Shown here piece after piece: positions 37,501 through 52,600 of a stretch of DNA of 64,000 nucleotides; the stretch's first letter is position 1, and the number at the start of each line of letters is the position of its first letter. The translations under genes were made by a program, and so were the position numbers. Source of the DNA: Gnetum montanum (taxonomy: Eukaryota > Plantae > Gnetophyta); NCBI GenBank assembly GCA_015680685.1, contig MNCI01000744.1:47783-111782 (forward strand), read 5' to 3'. The notes beneath the pieces were generated by a model, which was given only the letters and a program-made list of their open reading frames with translations, was not told where the DNA came from and made no database searches.

Positions 37501-40500
37501 ATCTGCAAACAATACTGTATTTTGCAACAATTTTCATTGCCCTCAAATGCCTCCATGAAAGACATCTTGCAAGGAAAGTCCAAACTTAAGCAAGGATGGC
37601 GTACCATCTAGAAAGGAATGCTTCTTGAAAAAATTAAAATGTTCTTGTGCTTCCTTCAAAATCAGGTGGCTTAGGGCGGGGGCGGGGGGGTGGGGGGGCG
37701 CGGGCAGGGGCACGATGCCTNNNNNNNNNNNNNNNNNNNNNNNNNNNNNNNNNNNNNNNNNNNNNNNNNNNNNNNNNNNNNNNNNNNNNNNNNNNNNNNN
37801 NNNNNNNNNNNNNNNNNNNNNNNNNNNNNNNNNNNNNNNNNNNNNNNNNNNNNNNNNNNNNNNNNNNNNNNNNNNNNNNNNNNNNNNNNNNNNNNNNNNN
37901 NNNNNNNNNNNNNNNNNNNNNNNNNNNNNNNNNNNNNNNNNNNNNNNNNNNNNNNNNNNNNNNNNNNNNNNNNNNNNNNNNNNNNNNNNNNNNNNNNNNN
38001 NNNNTGTCGAGCACTGTGCTCGTGTGCCCAATCAAGCTGTCTTTGCCTTTGCTCCTCCTCCTCCTGCACACGCTCTTGCTCCGCCCTCTCCTCCTCCTCC
38101 AGCGTTCTATGGGCCACATCCTCCTGCCTCAACTCCTCCCACACTTGGGCCCGGACTTCATCAATTAACCGGACCCAAGCAACCTCCGCCATTAGCTCGT
38201 GTTGTCTCATCCACTCCTATTCCCGCTCGTGGAACTGGGCTTTCATGTCGGCCCGAACCTGAGAGAGGGCCTCGTGCCATTTGGCCTCCAACTCACGCCG
38301 CTCTGCCTCCAGCGTGTCAGCCACAGCTCTCTGCTCAGCCTGTCGCAGTTCTTCGTCCCAGTTTGTGCAGCCGCTGGAGGGGTCCGGCAAGGGGGAAGCC
38401 GGCCTGATGAGGCTAGCAGGGAGGCATTGTTCCTACTGTGAGCATCGCCCCCGCACGAAGGTTGTCGCTGGCAGGGTCCAGCGGGTCCCCCGGCTGGGCG
38501 AGACCAAGGGGTCAGGGGGGCAGGTAGGGGTGACCCCCCGTTGGGGGGCAGAGGACAATGGGCCAAGTGCCCCCCAACCCCCCTCCACAGAGCCAAGATC
38601 AACCCCAAATGGCGGCCGCGTCGCTTAAGAAGGAGGGCCTCCAGGAAAAAACGCAGGAGGTTAACTTGGAGGCCTAACTTTAAACAATGCATAAAAGCAA
38701 AGTGCAGACCCTGAAGCTTGGACCCGTTGCCAGATTGGACGAAAAAATGGTCCACCAGATCGGCCACCCGGGCCCAGAGACGGGGGAGGGAAGATATGGG
38801 AACCTGTCAACTTTGCGTGCGTGGCACGGGCCCGTCAAAGAAAAGCTCAGCATCTTGCAGGCCGTCGGTGGTTGGCAGAATGATTTCTCCAGCGGCCTGG
38901 GGCCCCAGACAGCTGGCGATAGCGGATTCGGTGACGCAAATCTTGCGTCCTCGGAAGACGGTCCGGTCGTTGTTCCAATTAGCAAAAAAAGGCATCATCC
39001 ACCAAATCTGGGTCGCCGACTAGCCGCTGCAACGGCGCAAACCAGCCACACTGGGTTACCAACCGCCAGAGCTCCTCATCCTCCCGGAAGATGGCGCAAT
39101 CCAGCTCGAACGTCGGCGTCACACCCATTGCCGCCTCGATTTCGCTCCACGCACAACGGGCCTGAGAAACTAGCCACTGGGGGGGGCAACCTATCTTGAT
39201 GAAACACTGCAGTTTCTTGCCTTCCACGCCACCCATAAAAGTAGTGTGGCCCAAGAATCGCCCGTAAGCTGCATCGAGGGGGCACCGCCGCCGTGCGCCA
39301 AGTGGCACGCATGTAGTTGCATTCAGTAGTAATGTGTCTAACCATCTCGGGTGCGGCGCCGCAGCAGGGACAGGTGTCGTCCTGCATGATGTCGCGCCTG
39401 CAGAGGAAGACACGCACAGGGAGCATGTCCAATCGCATGAGCCAGAGGAAGATTTTAATTTTTTTAGGGAGCCACCCCCGCCAGATTTGCTTCCAACCAA
39501 CCTCCAGTGGATATTTGGCTGACAGCAAGGTGTGTGGCTCGAGGCCTGACCACCCCTGGGCCAGCATCACCCGTGCGTGCTAGCAGATCATCTACCAGGG
39601 CCACGAAGCATGTGTCCCGGCCTCCCACTGCAGGTATTTTGCATTGATGATTTGGGCCCACTGACTTGATTCCCCGTGCAGGCGAGTAAGGCAGTGCAGG
39701 AGCCGTTGCTGTCCTAACATGATTTCATCCTCGAAGGACGTGATGCCCAGCCCCCCTGCCTTACAGGGGTGCGTGACACGTATCCAACTCACAAGGTGGA
39801 TCTTGCCCCCTGCTCCCCCACCCCCCCTAAACAAAGCTTCAGACCATCAAGTTAATCTTATTGATGATGGCATTTGGGGGGGCGACAACAGCCACCACGA
39901 ACCAGGTGACGGCCATGAGAATCCCAGTTGCGACGAGGAGACGACCCTTGCGAGTCAAAAAGCGATTGGCCCAGTGGTTCATATGTCGCTCAACCTTCTC
40001 CAGAAGCGTCCCCCACGAATTGTTTCAGCCCCCATGAGGTATGTGTCCTTGGTTGTCCCAAGCTGGATATCTAAGATTTGCACCACTCTGCCCTTAACTT
40101 GCGCATCAACATTAATAAAGTGAGCCACGGATTTGGTGCAGTTAATCTCCAATCCCAATTCAGCTGCCAATCATGTCAAGGTCATGTTAATGCAGTGTGC
40201 TTGTGGGGCCGCTGCCTGACTGAGCAGCATGGTGTCATCTGCATAGTGTTCGGCCCGGCAGGCCACCCCGGCAATGTCCAAGCCCTCCACCCCGAAAGTG
40301 CTGCAATAATGCTGCATGAGGTCCATAGCAATGATGAAGAGCAGGGGCGAAAGCAGGTCGCCCTATCTCAACCCCCTGCCTGGGGATGAAAAGCCCCCCA
40401 GTCCCCCCCCCCCCCCCCACATCGAAAGAGAAGCCGGCAGAGGACTGGATGTGGATACAAAGCTAGATGAAACTTTGGTCAAACCCTTTTTGACGCATAA

Positions 40501-43500
40501 TGGCTTGCAAGGCTTCCCAGCTGAGCGTATCATATGCCTTGGTGATATCCAATTTGAGATAGAGGCCGAGGAAGCCCGTAGATCGAAGGGAGTGCAACAC
40601 CTCCTGCATAAGGAGAACCTGATCCTGAAGGGTCCTACCCTGCACGAAGCCAGCATGATTAATCCCCACCAACTTGGGCATAAGCAACCCGAGCTTGGAG
40701 AAAATCCGGATGAGGACATTGCAAACTCCAATGGGATGGAAGTGCTCCGGGCGGTGTGCATCAGTCTGCTTGGGGATGCACACGATGCGAGAGCAGTTGA
40801 GTTCCCTCCGCACCTGCGACCTGGCCAACATGAGATTGAAAGCATCCAGGATATTGGGCCCCACAATATCCAAAAAAGTCTTGAAGAACTCAAGGGACCA
40901 TCCGTCCGGTCCAGGCGCTTTCCCTCCTAGCATGCTATTGATAGTGGCAGTGAGTTCCAGCCAGAGGAAACTAGAGGAAACTAGAAATAAAATTTAGGGG
41001 CAATCACATCACATTGTCAAAAGAGGTAATTACAGAGTATCTCCCCCTACCCAATGCTGTGGAAGTCTTCCTTCCTTCCTGCCAAGGGATTCAGGATGCT
41101 AAGCCTTTCTTTCAAGGATCGATCCCCAAGACATCTAGTGCCCAAGTACCAAAATCATGTCTACCAATGCTATGGCAAGAAGTTGTGAATTCTTTGATCA
41201 GTTTTTTGTCCATTTAGAGAATGTCTAGAAATTGCAAGGCATTCGCTTCGCCTTTCTCCAATGTCTTCAGCTGGCCCTATAGGTCAATCTTCCAAAATTT
41301 TTCCTTGCTACTCTTTAAAAGAAAAGAGATGGTCACCATTTGGATCTCATTATCGTTCTTTGGGAGCCTATGAAAGCCTTGTAGGCTCAAACTCCTCTTG
41401 AACCACCAAATGAGCACTACTTTTGTATAGTTTATTGCAAAAGGTAAGCGCTACAAGATGGAGAGTCCACTTCCTACCCTATTTGTGCCAATAATCAAGT
41501 TGTCAGTCATGAGGCCAATTGCCCTTTGCTGAAAGAAGACATTTCAGCCCATTTGAAACATAGTTCCAATACTTCTATTTAACCAATGCAAATCCTCAAT
41601 AGATACAACAGCAGCTAAAGGGAAAATGTATGAGATCTTGCAACAATGTCTAAGAGAGATAGACGTGGATCCCCATGTTGGCTATGCCTTTGCTTTGGCA
41701 AGATGCCGCAAACCTTGTTGAATGCTTTTTTGTCCAATCGGGTAATATGTGAAAGCTCCAGAGAGTGCACTTCACCTTCCTCCATTGCATGCAGCTAGGG
41801 CAACTGCCCAACCTGCCCAGATTCTTCTTGGCTTTTCTTCGGTGAGGGTGAAGGGGTCAACATTCCAGCCTAATCTTGGCCTTGTGGCAAGCAGTGCGGC
41901 CTTTGGAGTTGCCACAAACAAAGCTCACTTCCTTCACGATGATATATACATGGTGTAGGCCATTACAAGAGGAAGAGTCATCCTTTGCATAGGTTGTGCT
42001 GGAGGAGAAAGAGGGTCCAACAAGGGCAAGGGAGGGCTCTGACTAGTAGGGTTCTACCACAGTGCAGCCCTCTTGCCTTAAGGAACAAATCTCAACCACT
42101 GAAGAACAAATCCACAAGGAGCTGCAAGGTAAGTTCAAGGCTAACCTTTGCAGGGCCACTACTAAGGTTGAAGCCAAGATGAGGGTGGAGAAACAGGCAC
42201 AATGGAAGGCTGAATTCCAGCATTCCAAGGAGAAGCCCAAGGCTAAGCAAAAGTAGGATGAGTAGCAACTCAGAGAGGTGGCAGTGGAGGAAAAGCACCA
42301 AAAGAATCTACAAAACATTGCTTTCAAAAATGTGATGGAGGACCAACTCGAGAAGCAAATAAAGGAAGACATATGATGGGAGGAGTAGAAGCATCTTAGA
42401 AGGGAGGAAGAGAACAATGAACAGCAAACCAAGGCCCTCCTAGAGGGGCAGCAAATAAAGATGAACCAGGAAAACACACGAGTCAAACGCAAGGCATTGT
42501 TTTCATATGGAAAGATGCCTATATGTGGTCATGGGAATAAATTTCAATGCCTTGTGGGCCAAACAAAGGAGATTCATTGGGATAACTTGCAATGCCTCAT
42601 GGGCCAAACTGAGGAGATTCATAAAGACCAATTCCACTAAGCTCCACTTGGAAAAGGCTACCACCCTGGGCAAAGCCACCAAGAAGTAGCAAGAGGAGCA
42701 ATATAAAGAATTTTAGTAGGTTGAGGCTTTTGTTGCATTGGAACATTACAAGGCAGTTCTGGACGTAGTGCATAACCAAGAACGGTCGTGATGTCCTTGT
42801 ACTAGACTTCCAAGACCCATCTGATGGCATAGTTTACAAGAACTAAGAAGAGTTGTCCGGTGTGGGCCTTGGGATTTTTGGGGTTTGGATTTGATTGTAA
42901 TACCTCTGATAACCCAACAAATGGGCAATTTTATACTCTACCTTCCTATGGATGTTCTAAGCATGGGCATTCTAACACCTAGTTTTGTTTTCTTGGACAA
43001 GCACCCCTTGTGTGGGATTCCATTCCCCTTGGGGCCCTTGGCTGCCCTTGGGGTTTTTTTTCCTAGGCTTTGTATTTTCCTTCTTCCTTTCCCACTATTT
43101 ATAGCCTCAAAATGTTCCAATGCTTGGATAAAGACTTGTACATCAAATTTTATTCATTGGATACAACTCAACAACCCATCCACAAATTCCCCTTTTCTTT
43201 ATTCATGGTATGATAGTAACCTAACACAAACATGCAAGGTCTTAAATCCATAGGACATGAGTTAACAGCTGAGAGTCAATATTGAACAAATCTTTTATCC
43301 TTTGGTCAACCATTAATGTGAAGTAGAGCTTAAACATATTTTAAAAAGACAAATCATCCCCTTAATTTTTTATGATTATTATTGATAAATCACTTGGTCA
43401 ATAGCAGCCATTGAACCACTAGATCAATCTATAAACTACGGAACATTTGACCTTACATAAGAGAATGCAGAAGTAGTAATCTAGCTAAACTAAAAGCAAA

Positions 43501-46500
43501 TGAAAGAAACATATAACATAATAAAATCAAAAAATCCCTATTGATAAAACCTGTTAACAATGGCTCAATAGATAATGCTAGACACATGGCAGTTAGAAAA
43601 ATGCAAAAACCTAGCTAAACTAGAAAATTATTTTGAAAATTAGAAAATCTTTAAATATTAAGCTACATAATAACAATGTGAATAAAGTTGGAGTTTAAAA
43701 GATTAATTAAGGTTGGTAGCCCCTTATTATCAAAACATCAAACAATAGAAAATGAGATGCCCTTTTCTTTAAAGTGTATTTAGTAATATTAAAAGGATTC
43801 TCCATTGGTTGACTTAGCTCTTAGGTCATGAGTTCAAACCTTAGCAATATTAACTAGTAAACTCTTTCAAATGTTAAAATAAATTAATTATGAACCTTAA
43901 TAATAATGTAATAAAATGCTTCATACCTACCCATTATAATTATTAATATATAATAAAAATGATAATAAATAATAAATTTTCAATCATCATCCTAACCTTG
44001 TCTCAACAAAACAGGGTCACCTAAATTAAGAATAAATTTTGAAATTAAAAGAATAAAGATTTTCTAACATGATCAAATAAAATAAAATTAATAAAGCTGA
44101 CTGACTTTTGCAGGTTTCATAAAAATATAACATGTTCCACTAATTTCATTTCATACCATTGATGATGAATCCAGAGAAAATTTGAAACTAGCATGGTTTC
44201 ATATTGTGAGCAGCAGAAATTCTCAAAAAATAATAATTTAAAAAATTAGAAAACCAAAATTAAAAAAAAAAAACTCTAAGATATCAACATTCATGCTATT
44301 GCAAAAATTGCATACCTCATTTTGACATGTTGGATTCCAATGAATAACATCTAACCTTTCATGGTTATGAATCTGAACTACAGGTTCTACAGCAGCAGCA
44401 ACACAAACTATAGAAAACAATAAAAAATAAATCCATTAACATTATGAAAAATAAATCTTTTCACATGCATCAATTAGTTTAACCTAGACATTTTAAATCT
44501 TCACAGGTAGAGAGACATGGCTCTAATAAATAATCAAAATGACTTGGTAACTAAGATACATAGTTTGGATATTTTTACTAAAATTAATTTTTATGGTAAT
44601 CATTTAAATATTTGACTTGTGTCCAAAACATCATATGTCAAGCTGAATAAAGTTTTTTATTAAAAAGATTCAATTTTCAAACACAAACATCATGGAAGGA
44701 TATCATTAAAAGACAATGAATGAAATCCATGTAGCATGACCCAGTGACTTGGTAACTCAACTTTCAAATTTGCAGCACAGTGCAATAATATTCTGTGTTT
44801 AAACTGTAAAAGAGCAAGGTGCACAATCTGGCTCTTCACCCTAGCATCAATATTGAGTAAGTGAACCACAAATTTACCCCTATTAATTTCCAGTCTGATC
44901 TCCTCAGCCATACATTGCACCACCACCCTATTGATCAACTGCACCTGGGACACCGCCACCCAAGAGAATAATATCGTATCATCAGCATAGTGCTCCACTA
45001 GGAAACTGACACCACCAATTTCCAGCCCTCTCACCCCCTCCGATGCACAACAAGGTTACATCATATCCATTACAAGGATAAACAGATACAGCGAAAGGGG
45101 GTCCCCCTTATCTTAACCCCTTACTAGGGGAGGAAAACCCCCAAAGTTGCCCCTCCAAATCCAACGAAAAGGCCCTTGACATTTGGATATGCACACAAAG
45201 ATCCACAAAGTCTGGGTGGAAACCCTTTCATAGCATGATTTCTTTGAGAGCACTCCAAGACACCATGCCATAAGCTTTGGTAATATCAAGTTTAAGGCAC
45301 ATACCTGGTTACTTGCTTGCCCTCAACAAATGCATCAATTTCTGCACCAAAATGACCTAGTCCTGAATGAACCTACCCTTAACGAATCCTACCTATTGCT
45401 ACCCAACTAATCTTGGCATCATGGGCCCCATCCGAGCCACCAGCATTTAGTAAACAAGCGAAGCAAAGTGTTGCAAACCCCAATGGAAAGGAAGTGGACA
45501 AGAACCATAGGATTAGCTGTCTTGGGGATAAGCACCAGTCAGGAGCAATTGATCTCCCGCCGGACCTATCTCCAAAGCAACATAGCATTAAAGGCATCTA
45601 GTAAATTGTCCCCCAGAACATCAATGAAAGCTCTAAAAAACTACACCGGCCAACCATCAGGTCCAGACACCTTCCCCTCCTTCATAAAAGCCAAAGCCTG
45701 CCCCAATTCTTCTCGATTGAAGGGAGCCAACAACCACTACTTATCGACCTCTCCCAAAATTTGGTCAATGCAGATAGATAGGGGCATAGTTTCCTTCCAC
45801 TTCCAAATACCTTACCAATATTCCATCAAGGCCTAGATGACCTCTTGTTTACCTTCCACTATAGCACCCTCAACAATAATACTATGAACATGTTTGGAAA
45901 CCCGCATCGAGTTAGCAACCACAAAGAAAAAGTGAGTGTTCCTATCCCCCTCCTAGAGCCACTGTGCATGCCCCTACTACCTCCAATAGGCCTCCTCCTC
46001 CACATCCAAATTTTGGAGTTCCACAAGCACCTCCCCCTCCTCATGATCCAACTCCTACCCCTGCTCCTAGCTTGCTTGAATCACCACCAAGTGCTACAAT
46101 AACAACCCTTGGCAGGACTTAAAGGAAAACTTGTCCTCCACTTTCAACACCCTAATGTTCTACTTTGCATAGTCAACCCCTTCTTAAGAAACTCCCTAGG
46201 ATCAATGTAGTAATTCTTCCAGATCTCCTCCAACAATGGCCGCATCCAAGGTTTAGCCAGCCAAAATCTTTTGAATNTTGTCATAACCTTGTCCTTGCCT
46301 TTTCTACAGTTGCTCCACATGAACTGGCAATCCTTGATGTCCATATCAACCAAACCATGAGCTTCTAGAAACTGCAAGAACAGCTATGCACCAAGAGGCT
46401 CTTGAGTCCCCCCATCAAACTTCTCCCTTGCGTATAACCTTTGGTTGAAGTCCCCAACCAGAATCCACTTCCCCCAATCCAAGATTAGCAAAGCAATCCT

Positions 46501-46645
46501 CTACAACTCCCTCAACTGCTCATCCCACCTCTGTGCTTCATAGAAGTTTGTGAGCCAGATTCCCCTCTGTCAGAGGAGAATGATAACACTCCACATGGAT
46601 GCATCAATAGTCTTGAAAGGCCAAAGGGAAAGGGAGGCCAGCAAC

Positions 46646-46676
<31 letters not shown>

Positions 46677-49600
46677 ACCAACAACCCACAAACTATGTTT
46701 GCCAATCAAGCCAGCATAACCAATGGCATTCGCATTGTTGATGCTTTGTCTCTTGTAGACAAACAATGTCACAACACTCCCTACACATTATTCCCTTGAG
46801 GGTATTTCATTTGTAAGGGGTACCCTATCCCCTACAATTCCATGAAAGGATTGTCATGGTTTGCCAATTGAATGCTTTTTGTATACCTCTCGAAGGATCG
46901 TTTGGACCCCCAAGTCAATCTCCATCTGCCTTATTTGTCTAGGACACAACGGTCGATGGTCTCCCAACCTTGCCTAAATCCAAAGGGGCCAGAAAGGCCC
47001 CTTCTAGAGAAGCACCTCCCCTAGTAATTTTTGACATTGATGGAATAGGTCTCCCTCTGAGGATAGACACCCATCCACCCAAGGGGGAAAGCGCCCCCCC
47101 CCCCCCCCCCAAGTTGTTATCCCCTCTGTAGAGAGTCAAGTCCCACCCAAAACTAGGATCTCGATGTAACCTTCTCCTATCCATCTTGGGGAACCATTGC
47201 TTTCCCCAGGCCCTCCTAGGGTCCCCCATTGGAACCTCCTACAAAACCTTCGCCATCGCTCCCAAGTTGACCTAGTGAGCCTTCTCAAGGGCTTGCATTC
47301 CTGAAGTACCTTGCACCTAATTCAAAGGTTGTTCCCCCCTCCCAACAGGTCGCAATCGTCCACCCATCTCCAAGCTTCTTCTAGCCTGAGGTTTTTTGCC
47401 TCACTCAACAATCTGTTGTCATGTGACCTGCCTTTCCACACACCCCACAGTGCTTCATCTCTGAGGGTTTTTTCACCGCAAGCACTTCTATCACAACATT
47501 CTCATATTCCACCTATACCTTCTCCTTGCTAGTCGAGAGGTCAAGGACCACCTCCTGCAACAGATCCTTCGACGATAATGATCTCCAAACACAAAAGTGT
47601 GTGTAGCCCATTCTATCTGTGGATCTCATGAATCTATTGAATGTAATAAATTCTCCAAAGAAACCCACCAACGCCCGTAGGAAATCAAGCATCCACATCT
47701 CCCATGGCATCCTAGAAACCCAGATCCACACCAACATTCTCAAAAAAAAATCTGGATCTCTATGAGTGTCAGGGCACCATTGTGTGAGGGTCAATCCCCA
47801 AGCACCAAAAAACCAAGGTCCCCCCAGAAGAACCTTATCCCAGTCAGACGTAGTTTGGAAGATAAATAATAATAGATCCCCTAGGAGACTACAAATCACA
47901 AATAGGCAAAATTCCCAATGCACCATCATCCACTTCCTAACCAGCTCCAATTTGGGACTAGCACCGACTGAGACAAACTTCTCAATAAGACTCATTTCCA
48001 TGGTCTTCAGCTCCTCACTTGGAATGGCCTTAACCTACAACCACATGGAACCCTCCCACCAAATACACTCCTCGATACCCCTTGCCCCGAGATACCAAGG
48101 AGGGGGGCCCCTCCAAAAACCCCATACCCCAACCCACTGCAAACTAACCTCACACCCAAAGCCCCACCCCCCTCTACACCCAAACTGAAGCCCATCGCTG
48201 ACTCCTCCCCTGCACCTCCCACACCTGCAACTCCAGAACCCCCACCAATGCTACCCACTTCGTCCATGCACAAAGATAATTTGTGGTAGGTTCTTGAATA
48301 TTAGTTACTTGGCTGACCTTGGTTTAGATGTGAACCTTGAGTTTTGATACTTGGGTTCCTTCTCCTTGGATGGATACAATCTTGGGACAATGTTGTAGGT
48401 CATGGAACCATGAGCCACCCTTGCACAAATTTGATTTAAGTTTCCCTAAATGTTAGCCCCTCTTAGCAGCCACTCTTGATGCTCTCGATGTGGGAAGTAA
48501 ATCCTTCCCAAACCAAGGGTCCTCATGACTTGGGACCCATGGCTCAATTTGGTTGAGATTTTATGGTTCTTGCTCTCTTGGAGGTGTGGAATTTTTTCAA
48601 TGCAATTTTTCCCATTCAGTGTGCCTAGACATAATTGATAGTGAACTAATTTGGTAGTTGTTCCTTTGGCCTGATGGCATGGCCTACTTTCCTTATACAA
48701 ATCCCATAATTGATTTTGTCCATCAGCACAAGCAATTGGGAGTACATCATGATAAGTCCAAATTTTAAACTTCAAGGCACATTGCTCTCTCACCTCTTGA
48801 GAGAAGTCTCTTGACAACCAATGCACCTTGTAGGGTCTAGGATGAGGATTTGTCCCTAAACCCAATCTAGTAACTATCCTACAAGAAACAACATTTTCTA
48901 GAGCTTCCCCATCAATCAAATATGAATCCATTCACCACCAAGCAAACATCTAGCCCCAATCTAAAATAATAATTTTCTTAATGGATGATTTTCTCTATTC
49001 AAATTTCTCATAAATGCAAAAAAATTCAATTCAAAAACTTCTTCAATTTTGAGAGCATTAGGATTACCTCTCTAAAGAGCTTGGCTTGATGTCTCCTCTG
49101 CCTCCATGGTTTGTAAATCCTTACACTTGGTTAACTTGTGAAGTGGACATTCCAAGTGCTTGTATCTCCACTCTCCACATTTGAAGCATTGAATATTGGA
49201 TGAGTTGCTACCTTGACCCTTGCATACTTTGACTTGGTTCTTCTTAGCCTTGTCCTTTTCATCGCCCTTGTCTTGCTTCATGTCATGGCTACCATCTTTG
49301 TCTTTAGATCTTGACTTGGATCCTTTTTTTTTATTTGGATATTTTGATCTTCCCATTTGAAGTTTGTTTGCTCCTATTCCCAAATCCATTAAGATTCTTT
49401 TCTGCCTTAACTACCAAATCATAAGTCTCATCAAGGGTTTGAGGCTCATAGAATTGTAATCATCTTGAGTCCTCCAAGAAAGATTGAAGCTTGTTCATAA
49501 TTCTCCCAGTTTACCTTAGCTTCATGAAATAGTTCATAAAATTTAATGTAAAACTCCTTGACATTTTTGTCTCCCTGTCTAAGGAATTTAAGCTTCATGA

Positions 49601-52600
49601 TTGTCTCTTGTCTCTACTGAGATTGTTCAAATTTCCGTCTTAACCTTTATTTCATCAAATACCAATCCCTAATAGGTTGACCATTTTGCCTTGAGACTCT
49701 TTTTCCCACCAAGTTGAAGTCATACCTTCAAGTGTAAATTCAACAATTAGTACCCTCAAGTAATTTGGTACCTCCTTAACCTCAAAATGTTTATCAAGTG
49801 CCTTCAGCCAACTTCGAAAAGCATTGGTGCCATCTACACCGTTGACAGTTTTCAATTTCATATAAGGAAGTCTTGCAACATTTCTAAATGCTCTAGCAAG
49901 TCTTGCTTCATCTTTATCGTCAAGCTTGCTATAAGAAGAAGTAGATGTTTGTGATAGAGAGCTCTTGGAGTTCTAACATGATGATTTGGATTCCATCCTC
50001 TTGGAATCCTAGGCCAATAGGTTCTTACACTCCCATAGCTGGAATGCTCTTCCTCCTCATTTGCTCTTCCTCTTCAGGTTGAGAAACTTTTTCATCACCA
50101 TTTGAACAAAAATGCTTTGTATCACCACAAGTTTGAATACAGCTAGGACCTACATTCCTATCTACCTTAGCACTAATCTCATCCAATCATTCAACCATCA
50201 ATTGAAAGGCAAATTGCATGCTCTCCATGTCTATGTTCAAGGCTTGAACATTTTTCTTCTTAGGAGCCATCTGAAACAAACATAGAAATCCACAACCAAA
50301 TTCCAAACAACAAACCCATGCTCTAAAACCAATCCTGGAGTCGAGTCACTCCAATTTACTTTAACCCTTGAAAACACATTGAATCCAAATATTATGCGAG
50401 ACAATTTAGTTATAAAATAAGAAACTAGCTTATCTTCTATTAATGCTGGAAGAAGATTACAAATACAATGAAACCCAATCCATATAATAATAATCATTCA
50501 CACACTCAATGATATTGCAGAGCATGAGTCTCTACAACCACACACACAATCAATCTCAATGCAAGGCACAATCGATCTGGATCTCTTCCTTACACAGAAG
50601 CAAGATCAAAACACAAAGATATATGACCAATACCACCACACATGATTAACCATTGAGATGCACACCACTCTCATGCAATCTCTCACCCAACTCTCATGCC
50701 AAAACATGCAATACAAACCCAATATTTATCAAACACAAAGCTAGAACCCTAGGGAAATTTTTCACATATTGAAGTTGACATTCCTAGCTATTTTCCATCT
50801 TGAAACTACCACATCAGAACTTTCCACAGCCAAAAAAGATGTCTACAAGCTTGACAAGATGTCTCTCTGGCAAACCCATCCTTCAAGCAAGACATCTGCA
50901 TACAAGGCAAGATTTCTCCTCTAGAGACAAGGCATCTCTTCTAGGAACAAGATGTCTCTAGCAAGACATCTACACTACTAGAAAGACGTCTCCTCTGTCA
51001 ACCTAACTTTCGAGCAAGACATCTACACAAATGGGGAGACATCTCCTCTGAAATCTCAACTCTCAAGCAAGACATCTACACTACTAGAGAGATGTCTCCT
51101 TTGAAATCTCAACTCTCAGGCAAGACATCTCTTAGGTCACCAAGACAACTCCTGTAATATCTCAGCTCTCAAGCAAGACATCTACAAATGTCCAAGACGT
51201 ATTCCAAGCTACCTGAAACCTTCATTCTTCTACATGTAGAGATGAAAAGGGGCTTTGAAGAAATGTCTCTATACCATATGGACTAAATTTTCCAGCAATT
51301 CATTCATTGGACCAGTAAGACTCCTTGGTCTCAACGCCAAATGTGGAACCTAGGGTTCCTACAAATTTTGGGTTTGCTTGCTAAGGCATCTCTTAGACCT
51401 AATAAAGGAACAAGTCTAATGAATGCCTTAGTGGTGTTGATCCTTTGAGTTGGCCTTATCCCTCTCATCATGGAGTATGGACAATTTCTTGGCTCCACCA
51501 AGAGTTCTTCGTGTTTCATGGGAGGCTTTAGTTGGAAGAACATAACAAGTCTTTGAGGTTGGTATCTTCCTTTGAGCCTGACATCATTTGAGATGGATCA
51601 CTCCTTGAATGTGACAGAGTTTGAACCTATCTAAGAAGTGCACTCTCAAAGCTTATCCTAGGCTCCACTCTGAGACATCGCTTCTTTTGTGTTGGGAAAA
51701 ATTGTCAAAAAGGTCTTAAGGTAAATGGTTCCCTTAGTTCCTTCCCATAGGTTGAGGACCATGGAACACTTTGAGTTGTCTATCCATGGCACTCAAGTAT
51801 TAGGAAAACCACTCCAACTTTATAGTTCCAAGGAACAACAAGGTTCCATCCTATGCCCCCACCACCAACACCCCCCCACCGTCCAAACCACCCACTCTGT
51901 CCTTCTCATCATCCCTTCATGGATAGAACTACAAAACTACATAGGGCCTGATTCTGTGACAATCACAAATATGTAAGACAAACTAGATTAAATAGTTTAA
52001 GTACAACTGCACGTCAAACCTTGTACCAAATCGTGAGGGTTCTAGATGTAAGGCAGCCCCTGTAGAGAAATCATCATTGCCCACAAATGATGTCTATAGG
52101 GTTATTTGCTTGCTTCCTTGCTTGTCCTCATTTGGAGCCATGAGTGTTCTCCTAGAGGCATATGCATAACTTATGAGGATTCAATGCACTGTGTGTTCCC
52201 TTCTAGATATCAAAGTGAATGCATTCCTTTCTTGGAGGCATAGTCCCAAAGTCTTCTACTTCGGATCCAATGGATCTAATAGAATTCCTTGGGGGGCTAG
52301 ACAACGTCAAGGCAAAATTGTACAAAATATGCAATTGATGCAACAATCCTTAGAATTAAGAAGTAGGAAGGCCTTCACTCATCACTAACTTCTTGTGTCT
52401 GATGACGGAAGGAGGTACGTAGGCCCTATAATCAACTCAGCATTATATGAGTCACATCCTTATTAGTTCCTAGTGTAAGAAGAGGATTTGAGAAAAAAAA
52501 ATTGCACTGAATTTTAGATGGTGGTTATTAGGGATCCCACATTATCTTTAGATAAGACTGGTATAAATCGATTATTTATTGTAGTATCCATTGGTGCTGT

